In this document: piece after piece, positions 43,302-52,950 of the stretch | Position numbering within the stretch: position 1 is the stretch's first letter | Layout of the letters: each line of letters opens with the position of its first letter | NCBI GenBank assembly: GCA_963813715.1 | Contig: CAWFAK010000008.1 | Location: 512,001 to 576,000 of the forward strand | Direction: 5' to 3' | DNA: 64,000 nt | Source: an uncultured Planctomycetaceae bacterium | GTDB taxonomy: Bacteria; Planctomycetota; Planctomycetia; Planctomycetales; Planctomycetaceae | Made by a program: the position numbers and the translations under genes | The notes under the pieces: model-generated | Seen by the model: only the letters and a program-made list of their open reading frames with translations | Told to the model about the DNA's origin: nothing | Database searches by the model: none

Positions 43302-45022
43302 ATGAGTCACAAACTGAGTCGTCAGGCCTACGCCGGACATTATGGCCCGACCGTCGGCGACCGCGTGCGGCTCGGCGACACCGACCTCCTCATCGAGATC
43401 GAGAAGGACTACGCCGTCTACGGCGAAGAAGTGGTCTTCGGCGGCGGCAAGACGATCCGCGACGGGCAGGGGCAGTCCCCCTATTACAAGCCGAAGTCGC
43501 CGCCGCATCTCGACCTGGTGATCACCAACGCCGTGATCCTGGATTGGTGGGGCATCGTAAAAGGGGACATCGGCATTAGCGGCGGCCGCATCGTGGCGAT
43601 CGGCAAGGCGGGGAATCCGCTGATCCAGCCGGACGTCGATCCGCGACTGGTCATCGGCCCGGGGACCGAGGTGCTCTCCGCGAAAATATGATCGTGACGG
43701 CCGGCGGCGTCGACACGCACGTCCACTTCATCTGCCCGCAGCTCATCGAAACGGCCATCGCCTCCGGGCTGACGACGCTGATCGGCGGCGGCAGCGGACC
43801 GGCCACGGGCACGTGGGCCACGACCTGCAGTCCCGGCCCGTTCAATCTGGAACGCATGATGCAGGCGGCCGAAGGCCTGCCGATCAATCTCGGCTTCACC
43901 GGCAAAGGGAACAGCAGCCTGCCCGAAATGCTCGACGTGCAGATCAAGGCCGGCGCCATCGGCCTCAAGCTGCACGAAGACTGGGGCACGACGCCGGCGA
44001 CCATCGACTGCTGCCTGGGCGTCGGCGACAAGTACGACGTACAGATCACGCTCCACACCGACACGCTCAACGAATCCGGCTTCGTCGAGGATACGATCGC
44101 CGCCATCCGCGGCCGGACGATTCACACGTATCACACGGAGGGGGCCGGCGGCGGTCACGCGCCGGACATCATCAAGATCGCTTCGGAGCCGAACGTGCTG
44201 CCCTCGAGCACGAATCCGACCCGCCCCTTCACGGTCAACACGATCGACGAGCACCTCGACATGTTGATGGTCTGCCATCACCTGTCGCGCTCGGTGCCGG
44301 AAGATGTCGCCTTCGCGGAAAGTCGCATTCGGCCCGAGACGATGGCGGCCGAAGACATTCTGCACGACAAGGGGGCCATCAGCATGTACAGCTCCGACTC
44401 GCAGGCCATGGGCCGCATCGGCGAGTCGATCATCCGCTGCTGGCAGACGGCCCACAAAATGAAGATTCAGTTCGGCGCCCTAACCGGCGACAGCTCCCGC
44501 CACGACAATACGCGGGTCAAGCGCTACGTCGCCAAGTACACGATCAACCCGGCGATCGCCCACGGCATCGACCAGTACGTGGGAAGCGTCGAGGCGGGCA
44601 AATGGGCCGACCTCGTGCTGTGGAAGCCGGCGTACTTCGGCGTGAAGCCGGAAGTCGTGCTAAAAGGCGGGTTCATCGCCTATTCGCAAATGGGCGACGC
44701 GAACGCCAGCATCCCCACGCCGCAGCCGGTTTACACACGCCCGATGTTCGGCTCGTTTGGCGTCGCTCTCTCGAAAACGTGTCTGACGTTCGTGTCGGCC
44801 GCGTCGATCAAGGAGGGGATTGCCGAGCGGTACGGGCTGTCGCGAACGGTGCTGCCCGTGCAGAATTGCCGCAAAGTCGGTAAGAAAGAGATGAAGAACA
44901 ACGACGCCATGCCCAAGATCGAAGTCGACGCCGACACTTACGAGGTCCGCGTCGACGGCGAACTGGCCACCTGCGAACCCGCCAAAGTCCTGCCCCTAGC
45001 CCAGCGCTATTTTTTGTTCTGA
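43302..45022 (+). CDS. ureC: Urease subunit alpha (apparent frameshift ~43680)
   Basis: [14 protein letters not shown]; Ni ligands intact: [47 protein letters not shown]; ends LAQRYFLF. Confidence 0.96.
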
Positions 45023-45093
45023 TCCCGCCTCGCCTGTTTTTGCGACCCGCCGGCCGCCACTTGAGCGGACGCGCGCGTCCACTCGGCAAACGA

Positions 45094-45765
45094 ATGCTCA
45101 ATCTGCGGTTGCTCCAGCTCGGCGATTCGGCCTTGCCCGTCGGCGGCTATACGCACTCCTGGGGGCTGGAGACGGCGATCTCGCGGGAACGCGTCTACGA
45201 CGCGGCGTCGCTCGAAAGCTGGACCACCGACTGGCTCAAGCGGTGCGTCGGCCCGTTCGACGGCGTGGTCGTCGCCGCGGTCTGCCGGGCGGTGACGGAC
45301 GGATGTTGGGAGGACGTCGCGCGGGCCAACGAATTGGTCACCGCCTCCCTCGCGCCGCCCACGCTGCGTAGCGCGAGCCGCGAAATGGGCGAGCAGCTCG
45401 CGGGACTGGCCGGCACCTGGGACTGGTCTCGCGGAAAGGTCGACGGACTCGCACAGCCGGAAACACGCTGGAATTACTGCGTGGTTTTCGGCGTCGTCGC
45501 GGCGGCCGGCGGTGCCACGCCGCGGGAGGCGCTCACCGCCTATCTGAATCAAACGACCCTGGGCATGATTGCCGCCGGCGTGCGGGGAATTCCGCTCGGT
45601 CACACGCACGCGCAGCAGATTCTCGCCTATCTGCACGATACCATCGCGGAATTGACCGAACATTATGCCGACCAGCCGCTCGACACGGCCGGCAGCGGCT
45701 GTCCGTATTATGAGGTCTTGTGTGATGAACAGTCTCGACTCTATACCCGGCTGTTTCGCTCGTGA
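45094..45765 (+). CDS. ureF: Urease accessory protein UreF
   Basis: [22 protein letters not shown]-terminal YTRLFRS. Confidence 0.93.
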   Translation: MLNLRLLQLGDSALPVGGYTHSWGLETAISRERVYDAASLESWTTDWLKRCVGPFDGVVVAAVCRAVTDGCWEDVARANELVTASLAPPTLRSASREMGEQLAGLAGTWDWSRGKVDGLAQPETRWNYCVVFGVVAAAGGATPREALTAYLNQTTLGMIAAGVRGIPLGHTHAQQILAYLHDTIAELTEHYADQPLDTAGSGCPYYEVLCDEQSRLYTRLFRS

Positions 45766-45859
45766 CGTCGACGCGACGTTCGGCCGGATCGAACCACGGG
45801 CGAGCGAGTCGCAGTTTTTTACGGCTGGCGGTCGCACGCGGCGATTCGGCGTCGCCTTT

Positions 45860-46546
45860 CATCGCGAGCACGACCACGACCACGATCACGACGGCATGGG
45901 AGGCGGAGCCGCTCGCTTCGCCGGGCCGAAACGAAAGACGTTCACCGTCGGCGTGGCTGGACCGGTCGGCTCGGGCAAGACGGCCGTCGTCGAACGGCTG
46001 TGTCGCGATTTATGGCCGGCGATCAACCTGGCCGTGATCACCAACGACATCTACACGCACGAAGATGCCGAGTTCCTCTCGCGACGGAAGGTCCTGCCGC
46101 TCGAGCGGATCGTCGGCGTGCAAACCGGCGGCTGCCCGCACACAGCCATTCGCGACGACGCCAGCGCCAACTTGAGCGCCATCGCCAATTTCGAGAGGCA
46201 ATTTCCCGAGCTGGAGATGATCCTGGTCGAATCGGGGGGCGACAACCTCACCGCTTGCTTCTCCCGAGAGCTGGCCGACACCCAAATTTTTGTGATCGAC
46301 GTGGCCGAAGGCGATAAGATCCCTCGCAAGGGTGGGCCGGGCATCGCTCGCAGCGACTTGCTCGTGATCAACAAGATCGATCTGGCGCCGCACGTCGGGG
46401 CCGACCTCGACGTGATGCGGCGCGACAGCCTGAAGATGCGCGGCGATCGTCCCTTCCTGTTGATGAGTTTGCGACAGGGCGACGGCGCGGAGGAACTTAC
46501 GAAGTGGGTCCGTCAGCAATTCGAATCGCGGCGGAAGACTTCGTAA
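45860..46546 (+). CDS. ureG: Urease accessory GTPase UreG with His-rich N-terminus (start uncertain)
   Basis: [35 protein letters not shown]; in-frame [10 protein letters not shown] upstream of the ATG at 45896. Confidence 0.93.
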   Translation, partial: HREHDHDHDHDGMGGGAARFAGPKRKTFTVGVAGPVGSGKTAVVERLCRDLWPAINLAVITNDIYTHEDAEFLSRRKVLPLERIVGVQTGGCPHTAIRDDASANLSAIANFERQFPELEMILVESGGDNLTACFSRELADTQIFVIDVAEGDKIPRKGGPGIARSDLLVINKIDLAPHVGADLDVMRRDSLKMRGDRPFLLMSLRQGDGAEELTKWVRQQFESRRKTS

Positions 46547-47510
46547 TCCCCCCCGAGTTCCGTGACCGGCGCTGGCCTCGCGCTCGGCCGGCCAGATCGG
46601 CGGCACGCGGCTCTCGCTCGTTCATTCCGACGGCCGCACGCGCCTGGGCGACTGTTATCAACAGGTCCCCGTCCGCCTGCTGCCCGCGTTCCATCTCGGC
46701 AACGAGCCGGCCAGCCTGGTCTACCTCATCAACCCGACGGCCGGCCTGATGGATGGCGACGGACATCTCCTGGAGATTGCCGCCGGACCCGGAACCCAGG
46801 CGGTCGTCACCAGCCAGTCGGCCACGCGAATTCATCCCTGCCCGAAAAACTTTTCGACGCAGCAATGGCGGATCCGCGCGGCAGCCGACAGCCAGCTCGT
46901 CGTCCTTCCGGGCCCGACGATCCCTTTTCGCGAGGCCCGCTCGTACCAGCGCGTGGACATCGAGCTCGAAGCCGGGGCCCGTTTTGTCTGGGCGGAAATC
47001 TGGCACCCCGGCCGCTACGACCGCGGCGCTCTTTCCGAAAAGTTCGAGTTCACCTCGCTGATCCAGGAGACGCACGTCCGCCGCGTCGGCCGCCTCGTGT
47101 TTCGCGACCGGTTCCATTGGCGCGGATCGACGGCGGCAGCCTGCGGCTGGCACTTCGGTCCCCATCTGGCAGCGGGCAGCCTGTTCGTCGCCGGCCCGCT
47201 CGAGCTCGAATCGCTGCGGAGCGCGGTGCCGGAAAATCCGCAATTGGAGTCGGCGGTGCTGCCGCTCGAGTCGGGCGACGCGATCGTCCGAATTCTCGGC
47301 TCGCCCGCGGACGTAACCGCGGCCGTGGTCCGCGCGGCGCTCGTCATTGCCGGCCGCTGGTCCAATACCAACGCCCCGCCGTGGTTGCTCGAAAGCCACG
47401 CGCTCGCCGCCAACCATTGGTTCTCGGCCGTGCCCGAAGAGCGGACGAGCGATGGCTCGCCGGCCCCGCCTATCGTGCGATCCGCCTCAGCGAACGCGGC
47501 CCTCGGCTAG
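46504..47510 (+). CDS. ureD: Urease accessory protein UreD/UreH (apparent frameshift ~46575)
   Basis: YQQVPVRLL...[37 protein letters not shown]; follows ureG. Confidence 0.88.
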
Positions 47511-47635
47511 AGCGCATTAACTCTAGGTTTGCACAGATTCGCAAAGCGAATCAAGAGCTCTCCCCCCTTACGAAGGGGGGGAGCCTCACGTCGCTGCGCT
47601 TCTTTGCCCAGCACACCTTGGGGTAATGCGCTCTA
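47508..47635. mobile_element. MITE (~128 bp) with ~21-bp terminal inverted repeats
   Basis: TAGAGCGCATTAACTCTAGGT ... ACCTTGGGGTAATGCGCTCTA; internal hairpin CTCCCCCCTT-ACG-AAGGGGGGAG; TA at both ends. Confidence 0.75.
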
Positions 47636-47662
47636 ATTTCCAGCGAATTCGACATTCGTATA

Positions 47663-47699
47663 TTGACAACTATCTATATAGACGGTAATCTATTTAGAT
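47663..47699 (+). promoter_or_regulatory. Sigma70 promoter (likely leaderless) with tandem palindromic operators
   Basis: TTGACA (47663)-17 bp-TAATCT (47686), with ATG 7 nt downstream; palindromes ATCTATATAGAC (47672) and ATCTATTTAGAT (47688). Confidence 0.75.
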
Positions 47700-48039
47700 G
47701 AACCGACTGAACCAAGCGTTTGCCGCTCTTGCCGACCCCACTCGACGTGGAATCGTGGTGCATCTGGCTCGCGGCAAGGCATCCGTATCCGACTTGGTCG
47801 GCCTCTTCTCGTTGACGCAACCGACGATCTCGTCGCACCTGAAGGTGTTGGAATCGGCGGGGCTGATTTCGCGTAGTCGAGTGGCCCAGTTGCGGCCCTG
47901 CAAGCTGGAGACGGAGCAATTGAAAGCGGTCACGGATTGGCTGGAGAAAGTGCAAGAGATTTGGGAAGGCAACTACAAGCGACTCGACGCGTTACTCGCC
48001 GAGTTGAAGCAAGCACAGAAAGAGGAGCGAAACAAATGA
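47698..48039 (+). CDS. ArsR/SmtB family transcriptional regulator
   Basis: FAALADPTRRGIV..L, SVSDL, LTQPTISSHLKVLESAGLI. Confidence 0.92.
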   Translation: MNRLNQAFAALADPTRRGIVVHLARGKASVSDLVGLFSLTQPTISSHLKVLESAGLISRSRVAQLRPCKLETEQLKAVTDWLEKVQEIWEGNYKRLDALLAELKQAQKEERNK

Positions 48040-48524
48040 AACCTGCTGAAGTGACCACTCCGTCAGATCGAGAAGTACTGGTGAAGCGGAGCTTTAATGC
48101 GCCGGTGAATCTGGTGTGGCAGGCGTATACAGAACCGGCGTTGATGCGTCGTTGGCTGTCGGGGATGCCGGGGTGGTCGATGCCGGTTTGCGAGATGGCG
48201 ACTCATGTGGGTGGGAAGTATCGCTGGCGCTGGCGAGACAACGAGAATGGCACGGAGTTTGGATTCACCGGAGAGATGCTTGAGGTCGCGTTGCATTCGA
48301 AGATCTCGCATACGCAAATCTTCGACCCAGGCGACTTGGGTGGATCGATGGGAGGTGAACCCTATATCGTCACCGTCACATTCACTGAGACCAACGGAAT
48401 GACAAACGTGGTGACCTCAATCAAGTTCGCCTCGCAAGCCGACCGAGACGCCGCGCTCTCAACAGGCATGACCGACGGCATGGAGATGAACTACAAGCAC
48501 CTCGACGGAGTCCTGGCGGGTTAG
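48036..48524 (+). CDS. SRPBCC (AHSA1/START-like) protein
   Basis: SDREVLVKRSFNAP..LVWQAYTEP, GGKYRW, TGMTDGM; ATGA overlap with arsR. Confidence 0.9.
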   Translation: MKPAEVTTPSDREVLVKRSFNAPVNLVWQAYTEPALMRRWLSGMPGWSMPVCEMATHVGGKYRWRWRDNENGTEFGFTGEMLEVALHSKISHTQIFDPGDLGGSMGGEPYIVTVTFTETNGMTNVVTSIKFASQADRDAALSTGMTDGMEMNYKHLDGVLAG

Positions 48525-48602
48525 GTCGCGTTGCATTGCTCACGCACCTTCGCTCGCTTTCGACAGAACGGCCAACACTCGTGCCCATCGTCGTCCGGCA
48601 AC

Positions 48603-49739
48603 TCAGTCGGTCTGCTTGCCGCTCTTGACCGTTTGAAACAGCCCCTGCTCGTTGCTGATCCACGTATCCTTGTCGCGGATGATCGCCTGCGGCGGCAGCG
48701 TCGGCGAGATGGTTTGCAGGCTGGAGAAGCGTTTGACGGCCGTGCCGATCGCCATGAATTCCAACAGCCCGCCCATCTCGTGGACGTGCGTTTTGATGCC
48801 GATCACATCGTCCGCGCCGATCGAGGCCGCTTCGTCGCGAATCAAACCGATCGCATGCTCGCGGGCGTCATAAATCAGCGAAGTCAGCTCGTTCACCTCG
48901 CCGCGCGAAAACGACTTCAACAGCGCCGCCAGTCCGCCCACGATGCCCAGCGAATAGACCGCCGTCCCCAGCACGAGCTTGAGCGGCAGATAGCCGATGT
49001 TGGCCATGTTCCACGTTTCTTCGCAGGTCATGTCGCTGGTCACAGGATTGGCGTCGTATTCCGGCGGCAGCTCCGGATGTCGCGAGGCGGTGCCCGTCAT
49101 CATCATCTCGTGCACACCGCGAAACGGCATGATCGTGGTTTGAATGCCGACGACGGCGTTCGCTTTGACGGCCTTGGCCTCATCCACCATCCGCTGCAGG
49201 GCCAGGTGACGCGTGTGATTGAACACGTCGCTGAACTGCTTGATCTCGCCGCGGGCCAGGCTTTTCAGGCCGCCGATAATCCCACCTCCGACGCCGATCG
49301 AATAGGCCACGTTGCCAAACACAAACTTGATCGGAAAGAACCCCGCGTCGAGTTGGCAATAAAGCTCCTGGCCGTCGCCGCTGGTCGAAAAGTCGAACTC
49401 GCGAGACGACGAATCGGCCCGATGCACGCACGACCCGATCGACAGAAACTCGACGTTGCCGTGAAAACTCTTGAGGTCGCTGGTGACGCCGGTGATCCCG
49501 TGCCCGTGATGCTGATTGGCTTCATTCACCATCCGGTCGTAGGCCTGCAGTCGGCCTTCGTGAATCACCTGGGTCACTTGGGTCACCTCGCCCCCGGCAA
49601 TCGTCCGCAGCCCCGCGCCAAGGCTCCCCAGAAAGCCGAGCGAATAAACGCTGTTGCCGATCACCAACTCGCCCGGAGCCATCCCCTTCAAATTGAGGCA
49701 GTACATCTCGTTCCCAGACAGGCCGGACATCGCGGGCAT
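48603..49739 (-). CDS. Protein with three tandem YbjQ-like (putative heavy-metal-binding) domains
   Basis: Three repeats of G..VYSLG..GG...GE(V/I)..(S/T)..I...R..A..R..DEA...GA..V.G...GTA. Confidence 0.8.
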   Translation of the reverse strand: MPAMSGLSGNEMYCLNLKGMAPGELVIGNSVYSLGFLGSLGAGLRTIAGGEVTQVTQVIHEGRLQAYDRMVNEANQHHGHGITGVTSDLKSFHGNVEFLSIGSCVHRADSSSREFDFSTSGDGQELYCQLDAGFFPIKFVFGNVAYSIGVGGGIIGGLKSLARGEIKQFSDVFNHTRHLALQRMVDEAKAVKANAVVGIQTTIMPFRGVHEMMMTGTASRHPELPPEYDANPVTSDMTCEETWNMANIGYLPLKLVLGTAVYSLGIVGGLAALLKSFSRGEVNELTSLIYDAREHAIGLIRDEAASIGADDVIGIKTHVHEMGGLLEFMAIGTAVKRFSSLQTISPTLPPQAIIRDKDTWISNEQGLFQTVKSGKQTD

Positions 49740-49933
49740 GAGGCAACTCCGTGGGGAATGGGGTGAAAACTGCGACCGACGACGCAGACAGAGTATGACG
49801 GGCGCCCGCGGCGATTGCACCTTCCCGAACGCGCACCGATTCCTTGCGTCGCCCTCTCCGCCCGCTGGTTGGCCCGCGTACAATAGGGCAGCGAGCCGCC
49901 AAGTCCGACCGTCCACGGGGAAGGGCTGAATCG

Positions 49934-52843
49934 ATGTCTCAAAACGCAATGCGTCGGTTCGCTTCGGCCGTCCGCCTGCGGCTCACCAGTCTCTCATTGG
50001 CGTCGCTCCTGATTTTCAGTCTGGGGACGGGGGCCGTGCTCGCTGATGGCTCCTCGTCCAAGTCGCCGGCCACCGCGGAGCCGGTCGCTGCTGAGCGGCT
50101 CGCCACCGAACCCCTGACGGCGACCGGCCGGGTGCGCTTGCCAAACGGCTCGCCGGCGGCGCACGCCGTGGTCACGGCCTTCGACACCGTGGAACACAGC
50201 ACAAGTGTCGAGACCGATTTGGCGGGACGATTTCGGCTGCGACATCTGTTCGGCAACTACTTCGGGATCCACGCGCGTACCGCCGATGGGCGTTTCCAGG
50301 CGTGGCTGGCGAAGCCCGCCAGTCATGCGCGCGTCTTGCTCGAACGGCCATTGGAATTGCGGTTGGCACCTGCCCATGAACAGCAAGTGCGGGTGAAGGC
50401 GGCTGGCAAGCCGGTGGGCGGTCTTCGCGTCGTCGCGCTGGGCACGGCATTCAAGGTCGACGGAATGACGGGACCGGACGGCGTCGCCACACTCTGGCTG
50501 CCGGAGGGTCGAGTTTGGACCAACATCGTGGCTTGGGATCGCCAGCGTGGAAGCGCCTCGATCCATGCCTTCGGCCCTTCGCGTGCGAGCGGACTCATCG
50601 AGCTGTCGCTCTTGGAGCCCAAGTCGCAAACAATCCGCATCGTCGACCAGCGAGAGCGCCCGATTCCCAACCTCGTGTGTTGGGTCGACGGCTACACCGC
50701 GGCGAGCGGATTCAGCACCCGGGAATTTGATGAAGCCCGCGTCAGCACGAACTCGCGCGGCGAAGTCACCATCCCTTGGCTGCCCGCCCAAACTTCATCC
50801 GTCGGCTTCGAGGCGGCCGGCCCGAGTTGGAAAGTCGACGAGATTTCGATGGTCTCGCGGGCGTCCCTCGGTAAGCCGACCGTGCACGTTCGGCGGCGCC
50901 GCTCGGTTACCGGTCGAATTGTCATGCCGCCGGGCGCGAACGCGGAGGGGATTCTCGTTCAAGGAGACGGAACCAGTAACACGGGAACCGGCGACCTCTT
51001 TTTCACGCGCGCCTGCCGCGACGGCTCTTTTACCTTTCCGGCAGCCTCGGACCACGGTTATGCGATCGGTATCACCGATGATCAATGGTCCTGCAATCCC
51101 TGGACCGGCGTCGTTCTGACGAGCGACGCGGCCGATCCGGCGGACGTGATACTGCAGGCGTATCCCGCGACTCCGCTCACGATCCGTGTGACCTGGGGGC
51201 CGCAAGCGGAACCTTGGACCGGCGTCTTCCTCTATGCGCAGCAAGACAAGGAGTTCAGTTGGACCAACTCTGCGGGCGAACGAACGGCCTGCGGAGGAAG
51301 CTTGCGGACGCATTGTCCATTCGACGCCGATGGAACAGGCCGGCTCGGCGTCGCCCAGGGAGATTACGAACTGTATTTTTCGTCGAATCCCTGGCGTGAA
51401 ATGCGCAAACTCAAAATTAAGTCGACCGAACCGGTCCTGGTCACTTTGCATCGCCCTTGGAAAGAGCATCGTCAGATTGCCGGCCGGCTCACGCACCACG
51501 GTGCCCCGTTTCGTCCCTCGCCGTCAACGACTCTCCGCGCCTGGTCGATCGAGAACACTCTTGCGACTCCCGCGCAAGCCGAAATTCTGCCGGACGGCCG
51601 ATTCGTCGTTTTGGCGGAAACCAAATGCGTCGGGCTTTACGCCTGGGATCCCGCGCAAAAGCTCAATGCGTGGAAATGGATCAAGCAAAACGACGTGCCG
51701 GCCCGGCTGGAGCTAGCCTTGACTCCGACCGCCGTCTACAGCGGGCAGGTTGTCAACAATGACGGCAAACCAGTTCCGGGTGCTCGCGTGCGATTGATGC
51801 CCCGGGCGATGAGCGTTCACACGATCACAACCGACGCCGTGCTCTGCGAGAGCGTCTGCGACGGCCAGGGACGCTTCAAGTTCGAGTCGGCGCCGACCAA
51901 CATCATCGTCTGGCCGATTGCCACTGCCTCCCCGCAGGGAGCTTTTTCCCATTATCAGATCGGGAAAGAATTCGTACTGAAGGTCGGCCTCGATCGCCAA
52001 AATGATCGCCTCGGAGTCTCCATGGGCGAAGACGAGGAGCCGAGCCAATCCGTCGCTCGCCAATACGACTCCGCGGTCGATCATCTGGCCGATCTTGTTC
52101 GTGACGCTGACGCGCTCGAGGCGCACGTGCTCGTGGGGATTTTGGGCGATCAGAGCGATGTCGTCGAAGACACGTGGCAGCGGCTCGTTGACCGGGAAGA
52201 AACGCCAATTGCCGGCGGGTATCTTCCGCTGCGGATCGCCTCAGGTGAGCTGAGGATCCAAAGCACGCTCTTCTCGCAACTCAAATTGCGGCCGCCTAAG
52301 CCGGGAGAAATGTTATTAGTCGTGCTCGATGGCAGCGGCCGGCGGTCCGACTATTTCTCTCTGTCCATCCGTAACAGACCCGAGGTCTACGAACTGGGCG
52401 TTCGGTTTCTCAATCGCAACGCCCCATCCCGCGATGCCCGCAAAGTCGTCGCGGAGGCCCGTGCGCTAGCTCGGACTACGCACCGCCGGGTGTGGATTGT
52501 GGGCGAGGGCGTTCGTGACTCGTCCAGTGTCCGCCTGGCGCATTGGTTAGAGGATCAGCGCCCTTTGCTCGATCGCGACTTTGTGATCGTGAAGCTGCTG
52601 GCGGGCCGGGATGAGCACATTTCAGACGTCTGCAACGACCTGGAAGTCGGCGAGGGGGGGACCTGGTTCGCGATTATTGACGGAGCGGGAACTGTGCTCG
52701 CCAACAACGACCAGCCTGACGGCAGTTTCGACTATCCCCGTTCGGCGACCGAAAGGCGGCAATTCCGCGGCGTGCTGCAAAAGACGGTGCGGACCCTCAC
52801 TCCGAAGGATATCGACCGGTTAATTAATTCCCTCGGTAACTGA
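49934..52843 (+). CDS. Large secreted protein with carboxypeptidase-regulatory-like beta-sandwich repeats and degenerate C-terminal thioredoxin-like folds
   Basis: Signal peptide; repeats GRV..PNGSPAA.A.V / GQVVNNDGKPVPGARV; C-terminal RRVWIV...WFAIIDGAGTVL lacking CxxC. Confidence 0.75.
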   Translation: MSQNAMRRFASAVRLRLTSLSLASLLIFSLGTGAVLADGSSSKSPATAEPVAAERLATEPLTATGRVRLPNGSPAAHAVVTAFDTVEHSTSVETDLAGRFRLRHLFGNYFGIHARTADGRFQAWLAKPASHARVLLERPLELRLAPAHEQQVRVKAAGKPVGGLRVVALGTAFKVDGMTGPDGVATLWLPEGRVWTNIVAWDRQRGSASIHAFGPSRASGLIELSLLEPKSQTIRIVDQRERPIPNLVCWVDGYTAASGFSTREFDEARVSTNSRGEVTIPWLPAQTSSVGFEAAGPSWKVDEISMVSRASLGKPTVHVRRRRSVTGRIVMPPGANAEGILVQGDGTSNTGTGDLFFTRACRDGSFTFPAASDHGYAIGITDDQWSCNPWTGVVLTSDAADPADVILQAYPATPLTIRVTWGPQAEPWTGVFLYAQQDKEFSWTNSAGERTACGGSLRTHCPFDADGTGRLGVAQGDYELYFSSNPWREMRKLKIKSTEPVLVTLHRPWKEHRQIAGRLTHHGAPFRPSPSTTLRAWSIENTLATPAQAEILPDGRFVVLAETKCVGLYAWDPAQKLNAWKWIKQNDVPARLELALTPTAVYSGQVVNNDGKPVPGARVRLMPRAMSVHTITTDAVLCESVCDGQGRFKFESAPTNIIVWPIATASPQGAFSHYQIGKEFVLKVGLDRQNDRLGVSMGEDEEPSQSVARQYDSAVDHLADLVRDADALEAHVLVGILGDQSDVVEDTWQRLVDREETPIAGGYLPLRIASGELRIQSTLFSQLKLRPPKPGEMLLVVLDGSGRRSDYFSLSIRNRPEVYELGVRFLNRNAPSRDARKVVAEARALARTTHRRVWIVGEGVRDSSSVRLAHWLEDQRPLLDRDFVIVKLLAGRDEHISDVCNDLEVGEGGTWFAIIDGAGTVLANNDQPDGSFDYPRSATERRQFRGVLQKTVRTLTPKDIDRLINSLGN

Positions 52844-52950
52844 CTGGTCCGATGTCGTCCCGCTCAAATCGACACCATTAAAGGTTCGACACCCGGGCGC
52901 AGCCGCCAGGGCGACCGCTTTTCAGCGGGGCTGCGCTCAACTTAGACTGG

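Noticed and set aside
43302..45022. ureC, nuoL, nuoJ and the kinase as pseudogenes or programmed frameshifts
   Set aside because: Catalytic residues are intact, breaks are scattered window-wide, and no consistent slippery sites were seen; read errors are more parsimonious.
52880..52940. tRNA-like GGTTCGAC plus GC hairpin upstream of the histidine kinase (tRNA or riboswitch)
   Set aside because: No cloverleaf or recognisable riboswitch consensus could be built; probably a simple hairpin.
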